DNA of 64,000 nt from Candidatus Eiseniibacteriota bacterium. Its GTDB lineage: Bacteria > Eisenbacteria > RBG-16-71-46 > CAIMUX01 > VGJL01. A program made the position numbers and the translations under genes. The notes beneath the pieces were generated by a model. The model ran no database searches. It was not told the origin of the DNA and saw nothing but the letters and a program-made list of their open reading frames with translations. This document shows, in pieces, positions 18,910-31,826 of this stretch (position 1 is the first letter of the stretch; the number at the start of each line of letters is the position of its first letter). The stretch spans positions 49,594-113,593 of the forward strand of contig JBHGAY010000019.1 in assembly GCA_041946735.1 (NCBI GenBank), written 5' to 3'.

Positions 18910-20949
18910 TCAGTCGAAGAACGCCCAGCGGACGCCGGCGCGGTAGTGGCGTCGCGGCATCGACATGAACGAGCCGTCCCAGCTCCAGGACGGAGTGTCG
19001 ACGTTCGTCAGGTTCGCGAGGACGAAGAAGAGCTCGGCGTCGCCGATCCGACCTCGCGCCTGACCCTCGAGCCACTCCATGGCGGGAAGCGTGCCGTAGG
19101 GGGTCGCGACGCGCGAGCGCCCCTCCCCGGTCACGCGGAGATCGAGATCGAGGCTGCGGCGGAAGAGCGCGCCTCGCCATCCCAGCCAGCCGTTCCAGCG
19201 CGCCTCCGGGACGCCGGCGTGCGCGCGCACGCCTTCCTCCGCGATCGTTCCGCGCGCGCCCGCTCCCGCGAAGAAGCCGTACCGCAGGCGCGACTCGATC
19301 CCCGCCCACGGAGAGAAGAAGTGGGCGGAAGCGTCGAGCTCGGCCGGCGAGAGTTCCCGCTGGCGATCGATGCCGAGGAGCGGCACGACGGAGGAGCCGG
19401 GCGCCAGCGAGTGATCGGTGCGCAGCGCTTCGACGCCGGCCGTGACGACCGCGCGAGCGGAGCGATCCGTTCCCGCTTCGATGCCGAGCGTCAGCGCCGA
19501 CGCCGGCGCATCCCCAGGCTTCGAGCCGGCAAGGCCGATTCCCTGCAGAACCCAGGCGCGCCCGTCGGTCGCCAGACGCGGCAGCGACGGGGCGCCGACA
19601 CCGCGGCTCGCGTAGAGGGCGAAGTAGGGAACGATGCGGCCGCGCAGCGACGCTTCGGCGCCGAAGATCGGGGAGGGATCGAATGGCGCGATCCGCGCGA
19701 AGCCGGCGGAGAGCTTCGCGTCCCAGCCGCCCGTCCCACCGCCCTCCCATCCCCCTGCCAGGCCGAAGGAGAGGTCGCGGTGGCGATGGTGCCCTCCCCC
19801 GTCGATCGCGTAGCGCGTGCGCGCGGCGTCGATCTCCGCGACCGCGACGCCGGTGCCGGCGGCAAGGGGCCGCTGGGCGAGCAGGCGGGCGAACAGCGAC
19901 CGGCTCTCGCGCTCGTTCGGGCCGAGGCCGCTTGCCCATCCCGCCTCGACGTCCTGGAAGGTCGCGGCCGCTTCGATCGACGTCGCGATGGAGTCCGGCC
20001 TCTGGTAGCGCACGGTGACCGCGTTGCGGTCCCACGTCCCCTTGCGCGTCGCGGGAAGCGAGAACTGCTGCTCGTCGTCGTCGTAGCCCCACTCGAGGAC
20101 GCCGCGCCCGGCGCGGTGCGCCATCCGCAGGCCGATCGTCTCGCCGAACTGGCGTCCCCAGAGCCGGCGTCCCGCGCTCTTCGTGTCGCCGTAGTAGAGC
20201 GAGAAGAGGAGCGGGCCGACCGGGCGGCGGAGCGCGATCTCCTCGGCGAAGGTGGCGTAGTTCGCGCGGGTGAGACGGACGACGCTCTCGGCCACGTCGG
20301 AAGGCGGGCGCGCGAGGCGCACGTCGATGCGTGGGCCGCCGGTCTGCGAGAGAGGTCCGTCGGCCGGCGAGAAGCGGCGGAGGCAGACGCTGTCGACGGC
20401 GACGAGCGGCACCGGAAGGAAGAGCGTCTCCGGCCAGCGGAGCGGATGCGCCGGCAGTCCATCGATCCGGATCTCGGAAACGTCGCGGCCCGGGGCGACG
20501 AGGAACAGCGGATCCGGAAGGTTCGGGCTGCCCGCGGCAAGCGAGGGGATCTCGAGCCGGACCTGCGCCGCCTCGCGTGGATCGCCGATCGCCGGGAAGT
20601 CCGGCGTGCCGCCCGGACGCATGCACCGGATTGCGGAGCCGCGCGCCGCGGGGAGGATCGGCGCCGGCAGGACGAGCGGCTGCTCGATCGTCGCGCGCGT
20701 GGTGTCGACCGCGAGCGACTCGGGGAGCGCCGGCAGAGGGGACGGAGGAAGGCCTTGCGCGAGCGCGACGCGCCCGCCCCCGTCGAGGACGGTCGAGCCG
20801 GACAGCGGGAGTGCGGCGCCAAGCGCGAGGACGAGGAGGAGGACGCGACGGAGAGAGCGAGCGCGGGACGAAGCGAAGGCAACGGCCGCGACGGCCAGGG
20901 CGGTCGCGACGGCCGCGGCGGCGAACGTCGCGAGGACGGCGGCGATCAG
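18910..20949 (-). CDS. Outer-membrane beta-barrel (putative porin / TonB-receptor-like)
   Basis: Hydrophobic leader, plug-like EIRIDGLP, amphipathic strands, C-terminal YRAGVRWAFFD. Start is uncertain (CTG overlapping the upstream stop). Confidence 0.6.
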   Translation of the reverse strand: MIAAVLATFAAAAVATALAVAAVAFASSRARSLRRVLLLVLALGAALPLSGSTVLDGGGRVALAQGLPPSPLPALPESLAVDTTRATIEQPLVLPAPILPAARGSAIRCMRPGGTPDFPAIGDPREAAQVRLEIPSLAAGSPNLPDPLFLVAPGRDVSEIRIDGLPAHPLRWPETLFLPVPLVAVDSVCLRRFSPADGPLSQTGGPRIDVRLARPPSDVAESVVRLTRANYATFAEEIALRRPVGPLLFSLYYGDTKSAGRRLWGRQFGETIGLRMAHRAGRGVLEWGYDDDEQQFSLPATRKGTWDRNAVTVRYQRPDSIATSIEAAATFQDVEAGWASGLGPNERESRSLFARLLAQRPLAAGTGVAVAEIDAARTRYAIDGGGHHRHRDLSFGLAGGWEGGGTGGWDAKLSAGFARIAPFDPSPIFGAEASLRGRIVPYFALYASRGVGAPSLPRLATDGRAWVLQGIGLAGSKPGDAPASALTLGIEAGTDRSARAVVTAGVEALRTDHSLAPGSSVVPLLGIDRQRELSPAELDASAHFFSPWAGIESRLRYGFFAGAGARGTIAEEGVRAHAGVPEARWNGWLGWRGALFRRSLDLDLRVTGEGRSRVATPYGTLPAMEWLEGQARGRIGDAELFFVLANLTNVDTPSWSWDGSFMSMPRRHYRAGVRWAFFD

Positions 20950-22838
20950 CCTCCCAGGCGCTGCAGGCGCTCTTCGAGATCGGGGAACGCGGCGTGCTCG
21001 ATCGAGAGCGCGCGGAAGAGCTGCCGCGCCTCCTCGATCTCCCCGCTCGCTTCGAGCAGGCAGGCGAGACGGTAGCGCACCCCTGCGGCGTTCGGCGATT
21101 CCGCCGGGTCCTGGCCGAGAATGCGGCGATACTCCGAGGACGCTTCTTCGGTGCGGCCGAGCCGTTCGAGGCAGATGCCGCGCATCTCGCGCGCCTGGGC
21201 CGCCCGTCCAGGCGGCAGCGATGGCACCGCGAGGACGAAGTCGAACTCCTCGATCGCCTCCTCGTAGAGGCCCATCTCCTGATGGCTCACGCCGAGGTCG
21301 TAATGACCCTCCACGTCGTCCGGCCGGAACTGGCTGCGCACCCCGGCGCGGAACTCCTCGAGGAGGGTCGAGAGATCGACCCATTCCGGCCCGCCCGTCC
21401 CCTCCTGCTCGAGGACGGTGAGCGGTACGCGGCGCGGCGGCGGGGACGCCTCCCCCTCGACCGTATCCGGGATGCGCTCCCAGCCACGGACCCGCATCTC
21501 GCGGAACCGCGCGAGACGCCGGCAGGCCGTCGCATTCTCCCGTTCGATGTCGAGGACTTGGAGGAAGCAGTCGAGCGAGCCCTCCAGATCCTCCTCGTTG
21601 ATCCGGAGATCGCCGAGAAGGGTCAGGTAGCGTACCGCGGCCAGTCTATCCCCCTGCCCGCGTGCGGCGGCAATCAGTTTCTCGACGATCCAGCTCTGCT
21701 CGGGCTGCTCCTCGTGAAGGCGAAGCAGCAGGTCCGTGGCGAGCGAGAAGTCTCGCTCCTCGAGAAGCCTCTCGATCCTCTCCCGTTCGGTGCGCGTCTC
21801 CGCGTCGCCGGCGGATCGCGCGGCCGGATCGATGGCAGCCGGCTCGATTGCAGCCGGATCGAGGGCCGCATCGGCGACCGGACGCAGGTCGAAGACTCCC
21901 CCGCGAGGTTCGTGGCCGTTGCCGCCGCTGCCGCCGCTGCCCGGCGTCGCGGACTCCTCCGCGCCTTCGCATGCCGCCGCCGGTCGCGCCGTCCCCGCCT
22001 CCGCCCGCTCGTGATCCTCCGCCGGCGCTTCCGCATCCGCCTCCGCCGGCGAACCGGCAGCCGCCGTAGCGCCGGAGATCTCGAGGTCCGCCTCGACGGT
22101 GAGATCGAGCGAGAACGGCTCGCGCGGGGGTCCGAACGGGGCGGGAGGCTCCACGCAAGGCTCGAGCGCTCGCGGCATGTCCTCGACGATCGAGGCGGCC
22201 AGGTCCGCGACCGGATCCGGCCCCTCGGGAGGCGTCGCGCAAGACCCGGGATCGAGCCCGTCGGCCCTCTCCCGCAGCGGCAGGGCGATGTCGAGGGCGC
22301 CGGCCGCCGCGGCCTGGTCCGCCACGCTGCGGAGCAGCATGGCGGCGCGATCGGCACGCCCGGCCCGCGCGCAGAGGTCCGCGAGGCGCAACGCCACTTC
22401 CGCCTTGGGACCTGCGATCTCCGCGACCCGCTCGAGGACTTCGAGGAACTCCTCGCCGGTCGCCTCTCCGCCGGCCCGGTCCAGGAAGATCAGGAAGTGG
22501 GCGATCGCGTCGCCCATCAGCCCCTCGCTGGCGTACAGCTCCCCGAGGCGGCGATGCGTGCGCGGCCGGGCGGGATCCGTGCGGAGGATCTTCTTCGCGA
22601 TCGCGATCGCGTTGCGGAAGAGACCGACGCGCTCATAGGCGAGCACCGCCTCCTCGTAGGAGGCGATCGCATCTTCGACGCGGTTCCCGCGCGCGAGGAG
22701 ATCGCCATGAAAGACGAAGTCGTACGGATCGGTTTCCCCGCCCTGGAGGACCCGCTCCATCTCCCCGATCGCCCGGTTCAGCTCGCCATCGCGGGCCAGC
22801 TGCTGCGCCTTCCTTCTCGCAGCGATGCTTCGATCCAA
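20946..22838 (-). CDS. Tetratricopeptide-repeat protein, SgmX-like architecture
   Basis: N-terminal TPRs (AIAIAKKILRTDP), acidic Ala/Pro linker, C-terminal HYDLGVSHQEMGLYEEAIEEF TPRs. Confidence 0.75.
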   Translation of the reverse strand: MDRSIAARRKAQQLARDGELNRAIGEMERVLQGGETDPYDFVFHGDLLARGNRVEDAIASYEEAVLAYERVGLFRNAIAIAKKILRTDPARPRTHRRLGELYASEGLMGDAIAHFLIFLDRAGGEATGEEFLEVLERVAEIAGPKAEVALRLADLCARAGRADRAAMLLRSVADQAAAAGALDIALPLRERADGLDPGSCATPPEGPDPVADLAASIVEDMPRALEPCVEPPAPFGPPREPFSLDLTVEADLEISGATAAAGSPAEADAEAPAEDHERAEAGTARPAAACEGAEESATPGSGGSGGNGHEPRGGVFDLRPVADAALDPAAIEPAAIDPAARSAGDAETRTERERIERLLEERDFSLATDLLLRLHEEQPEQSWIVEKLIAAARGQGDRLAAVRYLTLLGDLRINEEDLEGSLDCFLQVLDIERENATACRRLARFREMRVRGWERIPDTVEGEASPPPRRVPLTVLEQEGTGGPEWVDLSTLLEEFRAGVRSQFRPDDVEGHYDLGVSHQEMGLYEEAIEEFDFVLAVPSLPPGRAAQAREMRGICLERLGRTEEASSEYRRILGQDPAESPNAAGVRYRLACLLEASGEIEEARQLFRALSIEHAAFPDLEERLQRLGG

Positions 22839-23018
22839 GCGGTTCTCCTGGTCCGCCGTCGCGCGGCGCTCCTGTGGGAATCGGCGCTACCCCGTCTTGC
22901 TATCGGACGATGCGGGGCCCCTCTCCAACATTTCCCGCGGGACCGCAAGCGGCGGGGAGCGAGGAACCTCGCGCTCGTGGGGAAGAGTCCCCGGTCGCCC
23001 GAGGCGGTTCGGCGCTCT

Positions 23019-24281
23019 TCAGGCGGCGGCCATGTCCTTTCCCGCCTTCACGACACGCTCGGGCCGCAGTCCCCCCAGCCGATAGACGATCGCCGCCGGG
23101 GTGGAAGCGCGAAGCACCTGCAGGTCGGCCCGCATTCCAGGAGCGATCCGGCCGATCTCGCTCTCGAGGCCGAGCGAGGCGGCCGCGTTCACCGTCACCG
23201 CGGTGATCGCCGCCCCCACCGTCATCTTCATCTCGAGGACGGCCAGCGTGATCACGAGCGGCAGGCTCGTCGTCATCGAGGAGCCGGGGTTGCAGTCGGT
23301 CGCGAGCGCGATCGGAATCCCGAGCTCGCGCATCCTTGCGGCGGGGGCGTAGCGCCGCTTGCCCATCGAGAAGGAGGTGGCGGGCAGGAGGATCGCGATC
23401 ACGCCGCCGTCGCGCATCGCCGCGAGCCCTTCCTCGTCGATCTCCATGAGATGGTCGGCCGAGAACGCCCGGAGCGATCCGGCCAGCGCGGCGGCCCCGC
23501 TCGGCGCGAACTCGTCGGCGTGCAGCCGCGGCTCGAGCCCGGCAGCCCGCCCCGCCTCGAGGATCTCGCGCGCCTCCTCGGGCGTGTAGACACCCTTCTC
23601 GCAAAAGACGTCGCAGAAGCGCGCGCGCGTCGAGCGCGCGACCTCCGGGATCATCTCTTCGACGATCCGGCGGATGTAGGCGCGGCGGTCGGAGCGGAAC
23701 TCGGGAGGAATGTCATGCGCGCCGAGGAAGGTGCCGACGAGATCGACCGGATGCTCGTCGTCGAGGCGATCGATCAGGCGGCACGCCCGGATCTCCTGCT
23801 CGACGGAAAGGCCGTAGCCGCTCTTCGCCTCGATCGTCGTCGTCCCCATCGCGAGCATCGCGTCGAGGCGCGCCCGCGACTGGGCGAGCAGATCCGCGTC
23901 GCTCGCCTCCCGAAACGCGCGCACCGACGAGGCGATGCCGCCCCCCGCGGCGGCGATCTCCATGTAGCTCTTCCCCGCCAGGCGCATCTCGAACTCGCGC
24001 TCGCGCGAACCGGCGAAGAGCACGTGCGTGTGGGGATCGACGAAGCCGGGCAGGACGGTCCGGCCGGGAAGCTCGAACGTGCGCTCCGATGGCGCGGCGA
24101 AGCGGCTCTCGATCTCGGCGGTCGTGCCCGCCGCGACGATCCGCCCGTCGCGCACGGCGAGCGCGCCGTCCTCGATGGTGCCGAGGTCGTCCGCCTCGCT
24201 TCCCCGCCGCGGGATTGCCCCGCCGTCGAGCGTCGCGAGGCATCCGATCCGCTTCCAGAGGAAGTCGACCGCTTCGCGCAT
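23019..24281 (-). CDS. hutI: Imidazolonepropionase
   Basis: PGFVDPHTH, SYMEIAAAGGGI, GTTTIEAKSGYGL, DVFCEKG, HADE, ALATDCNPGSS. Confidence 0.95.
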   Translation of the reverse strand: MREAVDFLWKRIGCLATLDGGAIPRRGSEADDLGTIEDGALAVRDGRIVAAGTTAEIESRFAAPSERTFELPGRTVLPGFVDPHTHVLFAGSREREFEMRLAGKSYMEIAAAGGGIASSVRAFREASDADLLAQSRARLDAMLAMGTTTIEAKSGYGLSVEQEIRACRLIDRLDDEHPVDLVGTFLGAHDIPPEFRSDRRAYIRRIVEEMIPEVARSTRARFCDVFCEKGVYTPEEAREILEAGRAAGLEPRLHADEFAPSGAAALAGSLRAFSADHLMEIDEEGLAAMRDGGVIAILLPATSFSMGKRRYAPAARMRELGIPIALATDCNPGSSMTTSLPLVITLAVLEMKMTVGAAITAVTVNAAASLGLESEIGRIAPGMRADLQVLRASTPAAIVYRLGGLRPERVVKAGKDMAAA

Positions 24282-24298
24282 CACTGCGCCGCCCGCGC

Positions 24299-25996
24299 CT
24301 AACGGTCCCCGGGCGCGCCGCCCGGTCCCGGCGTATCGAGCATCGGAATGCGGACGCCGCTCGCGCGCGCGAACTCGATCGCCTCCTCGTAGCCGGCGTC
24401 GGCGTGGCGCGCGACCCCCATCCCCGGATCGCTCGTCAGCACCCGCGAGAGGCGCTCCGCCGCCTCGCGCGTGCCGTCGGCGACGACGACCATCCCGGCG
24501 TGGATCGAGTTGCCGATCCCGACCCCGCCGCCGTGGTGGATCGACACCCAGGAGGCGCCGCACGCCGTGTTGACGAGGGCGTTCAGGAGCGGCCAGTCGG
24601 CCACGGCGTCGGAGCCGTCCTTCATCGACTCGGTCTCGCGATAGGGCGATGCGACCGATCCGGAGTCGAGATGATCGCGGCCGATCACGATCGGCGCCGA
24701 CACCTCTCCCCGCGCGACCAGATCGTTGAAGGCGAGGCCCGCCTTCTCGCGCTCGCCGTATCCGAGCCAGCAGATGCGCGAGGGCAGTCCCTGAAACGCC
24801 ACGCGCTCCTCCGCCATCCGGATCCATCGCGACAGGCTCTCGTTCTCGGGGAACGCCTCGAGGATGGCGCGATCGGTGCGCAGGATGTCGGCGGGGTCGC
24901 CGGAGAGCGCCGCCCAGCGGAACGGACCCTTTCCCCGACAGAAGAGGGGGCGGATGTAGGCGGGAACGAAGCCGGGATAGGCGAACGCGCGCGCGAAGCC
25001 GGCCTTCTGCGCCTGCCCGCGCAGGTTGTTGCCGTAATCGAAGACGATCGATCCCGCGTCGAGGAAGCCGACCATCGCCTCGGTGTGCCGCGCCATCGAC
25101 GACATCGAGGCGTCGATGTACGCCTTCGGATCGCGGCGGCGCAGGTCGAGGGCGGCCGCGAGGGTCATCCCGCCCGGGACGTAACCGTTCAGCTCGTCGT
25201 GCGCGGAGGTCTGGTCGGTCACGACGTCCGGCTTCTCGCCCCGCCGCAGCAGCTCGGGCAGGACTTCCGAAGCGTTGCCCGTGAGGCCGATCGAGACCGC
25301 CTGGCGCGCCGCGACCGCCTGGCGCGTCCAGCGGAGCGCCTCGTCGATCGAGCCGGTCGCGCGATCGAGATAGCGGGTCTCGATGCGTCGCTGGATGCGC
25401 GCCGGATCGACCTCGACGCAGAGCGCGACGCCGCCGTTCATCGTGATCGCGAGCGGCTGGGCGCCGCCCATCCCGCCGAGGCCGGCTGTCAGGGTCCAGG
25501 TCCCCGCGAGCGAGCCGCCGAAGTGGCGGCGTCCGATCTCGGCGAACGTCTCGTAGGTCCCCTGCAGGATCCCCTGCGTCCCGATGTAGATCCACGAGCC
25601 GGCCGTCATCTGGCCGTACATCATGAGCCCCTTCGCCTCGAGATCGCGGAAGACGGTCCAGTTCCCCCAGGCGGGGACCAGGTTCGAGTTCGCGATCATC
25701 ACGCGCGGCGACATCGGGGTCGTGCGGAAGATGGCGACCGGCTTGCCCGACTGCACGAGGAGCGTCTCGTCGTTCTCCAGCGAGCGGAGCGAGGAGACGA
25801 TCGCCTCGTAGCAGTCCCAGTTGCGGGCCGCCCTCCCCGAGCCGCCGTAGACGATCAGCTCGTCGGGCCGCTCGGCGACCTCCGGGTCGAGGTTGTTCAT
25901 CAGCATCCGCATCGCCGCCTCCTGCACCCATCCCTTGCAGGAGATCTCCCGCCCGCGCGGCGCGCGCACGGGGCGCGGCCCGGCCGTCGTCTTCAT
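24299..25996 (-). CDS. hutU: Urocanate hydratase
   Basis: [65 protein letters not shown]. Confidence 0.97.
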   Translation of the reverse strand: MKTTAGPRPVRAPRGREISCKGWVQEAAMRMLMNNLDPEVAERPDELIVYGGSGRAARNWDCYEAIVSSLRSLENDETLLVQSGKPVAIFRTTPMSPRVMIANSNLVPAWGNWTVFRDLEAKGLMMYGQMTAGSWIYIGTQGILQGTYETFAEIGRRHFGGSLAGTWTLTAGLGGMGGAQPLAITMNGGVALCVEVDPARIQRRIETRYLDRATGSIDEALRWTRQAVAARQAVSIGLTGNASEVLPELLRRGEKPDVVTDQTSAHDELNGYVPGGMTLAAALDLRRRDPKAYIDASMSSMARHTEAMVGFLDAGSIVFDYGNNLRGQAQKAGFARAFAYPGFVPAYIRPLFCRGKGPFRWAALSGDPADILRTDRAILEAFPENESLSRWIRMAEERVAFQGLPSRICWLGYGEREKAGLAFNDLVARGEVSAPIVIGRDHLDSGSVASPYRETESMKDGSDAVADWPLLNALVNTACGASWVSIHHGGGVGIGNSIHAGMVVVADGTREAAERLSRVLTSDPGMGVARHADAGYEEAIEFARASGVRIPMLDTPGPGGAPGDR

Positions 25997-26020
25997 CGCT
26001 GCCTCCCCTTCTCGCCTACC

Positions 26021-26146
26021 CTCGGTCGATCGGTCCCTCGGTCCAGAGTCCGTCGTCGATCGGTCCATCGGTCCATCGGTCTATCGATCTATCGGTTCCT
26101 CGGTCCAACGGAACATCGGAACGTCCGTCCATCGGAACGTCCGTCA
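26021..26146. repeat. Degenerate 8-bp tandem repeat (consensus ATCGGTCC), about 15 units
   Basis: ctcggtcg atcggtcc ctcggtcc ... atcggtcc atcggtcc atcggtct atcgatct atcggttc ctcggtcc aacggaac atcggaac gtccgtcc atcggaac gtccgtca. Confidence 0.8.
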
Positions 26147-28228
26147 ATGACGGAACCACGCCTCGGCCGCCTGGACGAGCGCGTCCCAGGACGCGGGCGC
26201 CTCGACCGGGATGCCGATCGCTTCCCGGAAGCGGCTTCCGTAGCGCCGCGTGAGGATCCGCGCGTCGAGGACGGCGAAGACGCCGCGGTCCTCTCGGCTG
26301 CGGATCAGCCTTCCGAACCCCTGGCGGAAACGAACGATCGCCTCCGGCAGCATGTAGTCGTCGAACGCATCGCGCCCGTCCTCGCGCAGCCGCTCCGCGT
26401 ACGCCTCGACGAACGGATCGGTCGGCACGGGGAACGGTAACCGCGCCATCACGAGGATCTCGAGATCCTCGCCGGGGAAATCGACCCCTTCCCAGAAGCT
26501 CGCGGCGCCGAGGAGCACCGCCCGCTCGCTCTCCACGAAGCCGGAGATCAGCGCCTGGCGCCCGCCCGCGTCGCGCCCCTGCGCGTAGACGCGGACGCCG
26601 CGATCCTGAAGCGGCGTCCGGATCCTCTCCTCCACGCGCCGCAGCGTCTCGTGCGCCGTGAACAGGACGAGCAGCTTGCGTGGCAGGGCGGTCGCGAGCT
26701 TGACGATCCCTTCGGCGAGGTCCGCCTCGTGTCCCGGCGCGGTCGGCTCGGGCATGCGGGCCGGAACGAGCGCCTTCACCTGGCTCGCGAGATCGAATAC
26801 CGGCGGCAGGATCAGCGAAGGGGTATCCGCCGGCAGGCCGCACTGGCGCGCGAAGAACTCCGTGCCGCGATCGGCGGCGAGCGTCGCCGAGGTGAGCACG
26901 ACCGCCCGTCCCGAGACGAGGCGCTCGCCGAGCGGCCCCGACATCTGCAGCGGGCGCGAATGGAGCGACAGGTCCTCCCCGTCGCGCTCGAACCAGTAGA
27001 CGGTCTCCGCGGCGTCCGCCTCGACGAGGAAGGTGAGCGCATCGAGCGCTTCGCGCGCGGCGTCGAGCTGCGTCCGGATCTCGGGAACGATCGCCTCGGC
27101 CACCTGCTCGCCCGCCGGCATCGGAGCGATGGCGGGAAGGACATCCCGCAGGATCTGTTCGTGACGATCGAGAAGCCCCGAGGCCGCTTCGAGGAGCGGA
27201 TACGTCGACTCGGGGAACGGTCCCCCCGAACCCGCTCCCTGCCGGTAGCGCTCCCGCCCCGTCGCCGGCGGCACCTCGGCCGTCGCCCGCAGATCGGCGA
27301 AGAAGGCGCGGGATCGCTCGAGCAGCCTGCCCAGCTCCGACTCGACCTCGCGCACGCGCCGGAGCCGCCGCTGCCGCTCCTCCTTGTCCGGGATGGCGCG
27401 CGCGAGGCGCCGGTACAGGTCGCTCGCGCCCGGCTCCCCCTGCCCGCCAAGCCCGAGCATCGCGGCGTTCCACGCCCGACCGCTCATGCGGCGCGCGAGC
27501 GCGTCGCCGGCGATCCGCGGAAGGTGATGCGCCTCGTCGAGGATCGCCCCGTCCCAATCGGGCAGCCCGACGCTGCCATGGAGCAGATCGAGGACGAGCA
27601 GGCTGTGGTTCACGAGGACGATGTGGGCCTCGCGCGCCCTCTTGCGGGATAGCTTGAAGAAGCAGCCGGAATCTGCGTCGCAGCCGGTAGTTGCGCAGCT
27701 ACGAGCGTCGGAGGAGATGCGCGAGAGCAGCGGGCGCAGGCGCGGCGGGACGATCGGTCCCTCGTCGAAGTCCCCGCTCTCGGTGACCGGGATCCACCCC
27801 TCCATCAGCCGTACGAACGCCTCGCCGTCGGTCGTCCCGAGCAGATCCTCGCGGGCGACCTGCCAGCGCCGCCGGCAGAGATAGTTCGCCCGCCCCTTGA
27901 GGACGGCGGCCTCGATGCGCCGGTCGGTCAGCCGCCGGAGCAGCGGCAGGTCCCGGCGGAGGATCTGGTCCTGCAGGTGCCGCGTGTGCGTCGAGACGAG
28001 CAGGCGCTTCTGGGATCCGCGTGCCCAGAGCGCTCCCGGCACCATGTAGGCGATCGACTTGCCGACGCCGGTCGGCGCCTCGACGATCTGGATCGAGCCG
28101 TCCTGCAACGCGGAGGCGACCGCGTCGGCCATCTGGGCCTGCTGCGACCGCCACTCGTAGGACGGCAGCGCCCGAGAGAGGCTCCCGTGCGGGGCGAAGA
28201 TCCCCGCGACCTGGCTGCGGAGGCTCAG
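26144..28228 (-). CDS. dinG: DinG/YoaA-family ATP-dependent helicase with probable Fe-S cluster
   Basis: EAPTGVGKS, LKGRANYLC plus a CxxxxCxxxxxC cluster, DEAHH, TSATL, SFWEGVD, FRQGFGRLIRS. Start is uncertain (CTG after GGAGGGAGG). Confidence 0.9.
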   Translation of the reverse strand: MSLRSQVAGIFAPHGSLSRALPSYEWRSQQAQMADAVASALQDGSIQIVEAPTGVGKSIAYMVPGALWARGSQKRLLVSTHTRHLQDQILRRDLPLLRRLTDRRIEAAVLKGRANYLCRRRWQVAREDLLGTTDGEAFVRLMEGWIPVTESGDFDEGPIVPPRLRPLLSRISSDARSCATTGCDADSGCFFKLSRKRAREAHIVLVNHSLLVLDLLHGSVGLPDWDGAILDEAHHLPRIAGDALARRMSGRAWNAAMLGLGGQGEPGASDLYRRLARAIPDKEERQRRLRRVREVESELGRLLERSRAFFADLRATAEVPPATGRERYRQGAGSGGPFPESTYPLLEAASGLLDRHEQILRDVLPAIAPMPAGEQVAEAIVPEIRTQLDAAREALDALTFLVEADAAETVYWFERDGEDLSLHSRPLQMSGPLGERLVSGRAVVLTSATLAADRGTEFFARQCGLPADTPSLILPPVFDLASQVKALVPARMPEPTAPGHEADLAEGIVKLATALPRKLLVLFTAHETLRRVEERIRTPLQDRGVRVYAQGRDAGGRQALISGFVESERAVLLGAASFWEGVDFPGEDLEILVMARLPFPVPTDPFVEAYAERLREDGRDAFDDYMLPEAIVRFRQGFGRLIRSREDRGVFAVLDARILTRRYGSRFREAIGIPVEAPASWDALVQAAEAWFRH

Positions 28229-28661
28229 AGTGCGCCTCCCTCCGGTCGGGGCGGCACCGCGCCGCCGGTCGCCATGGCGCTCGCCGCCGCCCTCGGCATC
28301 GCTGTTCCCGGCGCTCCCGCCGCTCCCGAATCTCCGCCGCCGGTGCGCAGCAGCGCGATCTCCTGCGCGAGCGTGCGCATCGCGGCGGAGAGGCGCGACA
28401 GGCGCACGGTCAGGTGCAGGACGATGAAGAGCAGCACGATGATGCAGACGAAGAAGAAGAATGCGGGGGGATAGTCGATCCCGACCAGGCGCGACAGCGC
28501 GTCCGCCTTCTCGGTCCAGAAGGCGGCCACGACGGCGAACCCGGTCAGGAGCAGCCAGAGGATCGAGTACTCGAGCCCGAGCGCGCGCCGCCGCGACATG
28601 CGCAGCACGACGAGAAAGAGGATCGCCGAAAGTCCGGCGACGAAGATCCTTCCGGTCAGCG

Positions 28662-28665
<4 letters not shown>
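28225..28665 (-). CDS. DUF2304-like small membrane protein
   Basis: Three TM helices, YSILWL, VGIDYPP, RTLAQEIALL; typical partner of the upstream GT2; GTGA overlap. Confidence 0.75.
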
Positions 28666-31711
<3,046 letters not shown>

Positions 31712-31785
31712 CGAAGGGGGTCTCTGCGCGGAGAGGGCCCGGGTCGCGCCGAGGCGCGCCCCCGAACCCTCTCTCCGTCTCTCGT

Positions 31786-31826
31786 CCGGCCCGGGATCGA
31801 TCTCCCGGGATCGATCTTGGCCGGGC
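31786..31826. terminator. GC-rich hairpin between convergent ligA and PPIase genes
   Basis: GATCGATC-TCCCGG-GATCGATC inverted repeat with GC-rich flanks; no U-tract. Confidence 0.35.

Noticed and set aside
26021..26146. CRISPR array
   Set aside because: These are contiguous 8-bp units with no unique spacers, and there are no cas genes. The neighbouring dinG looks like a housekeeping DinG/YoaA, not a type IV CRISPR component.
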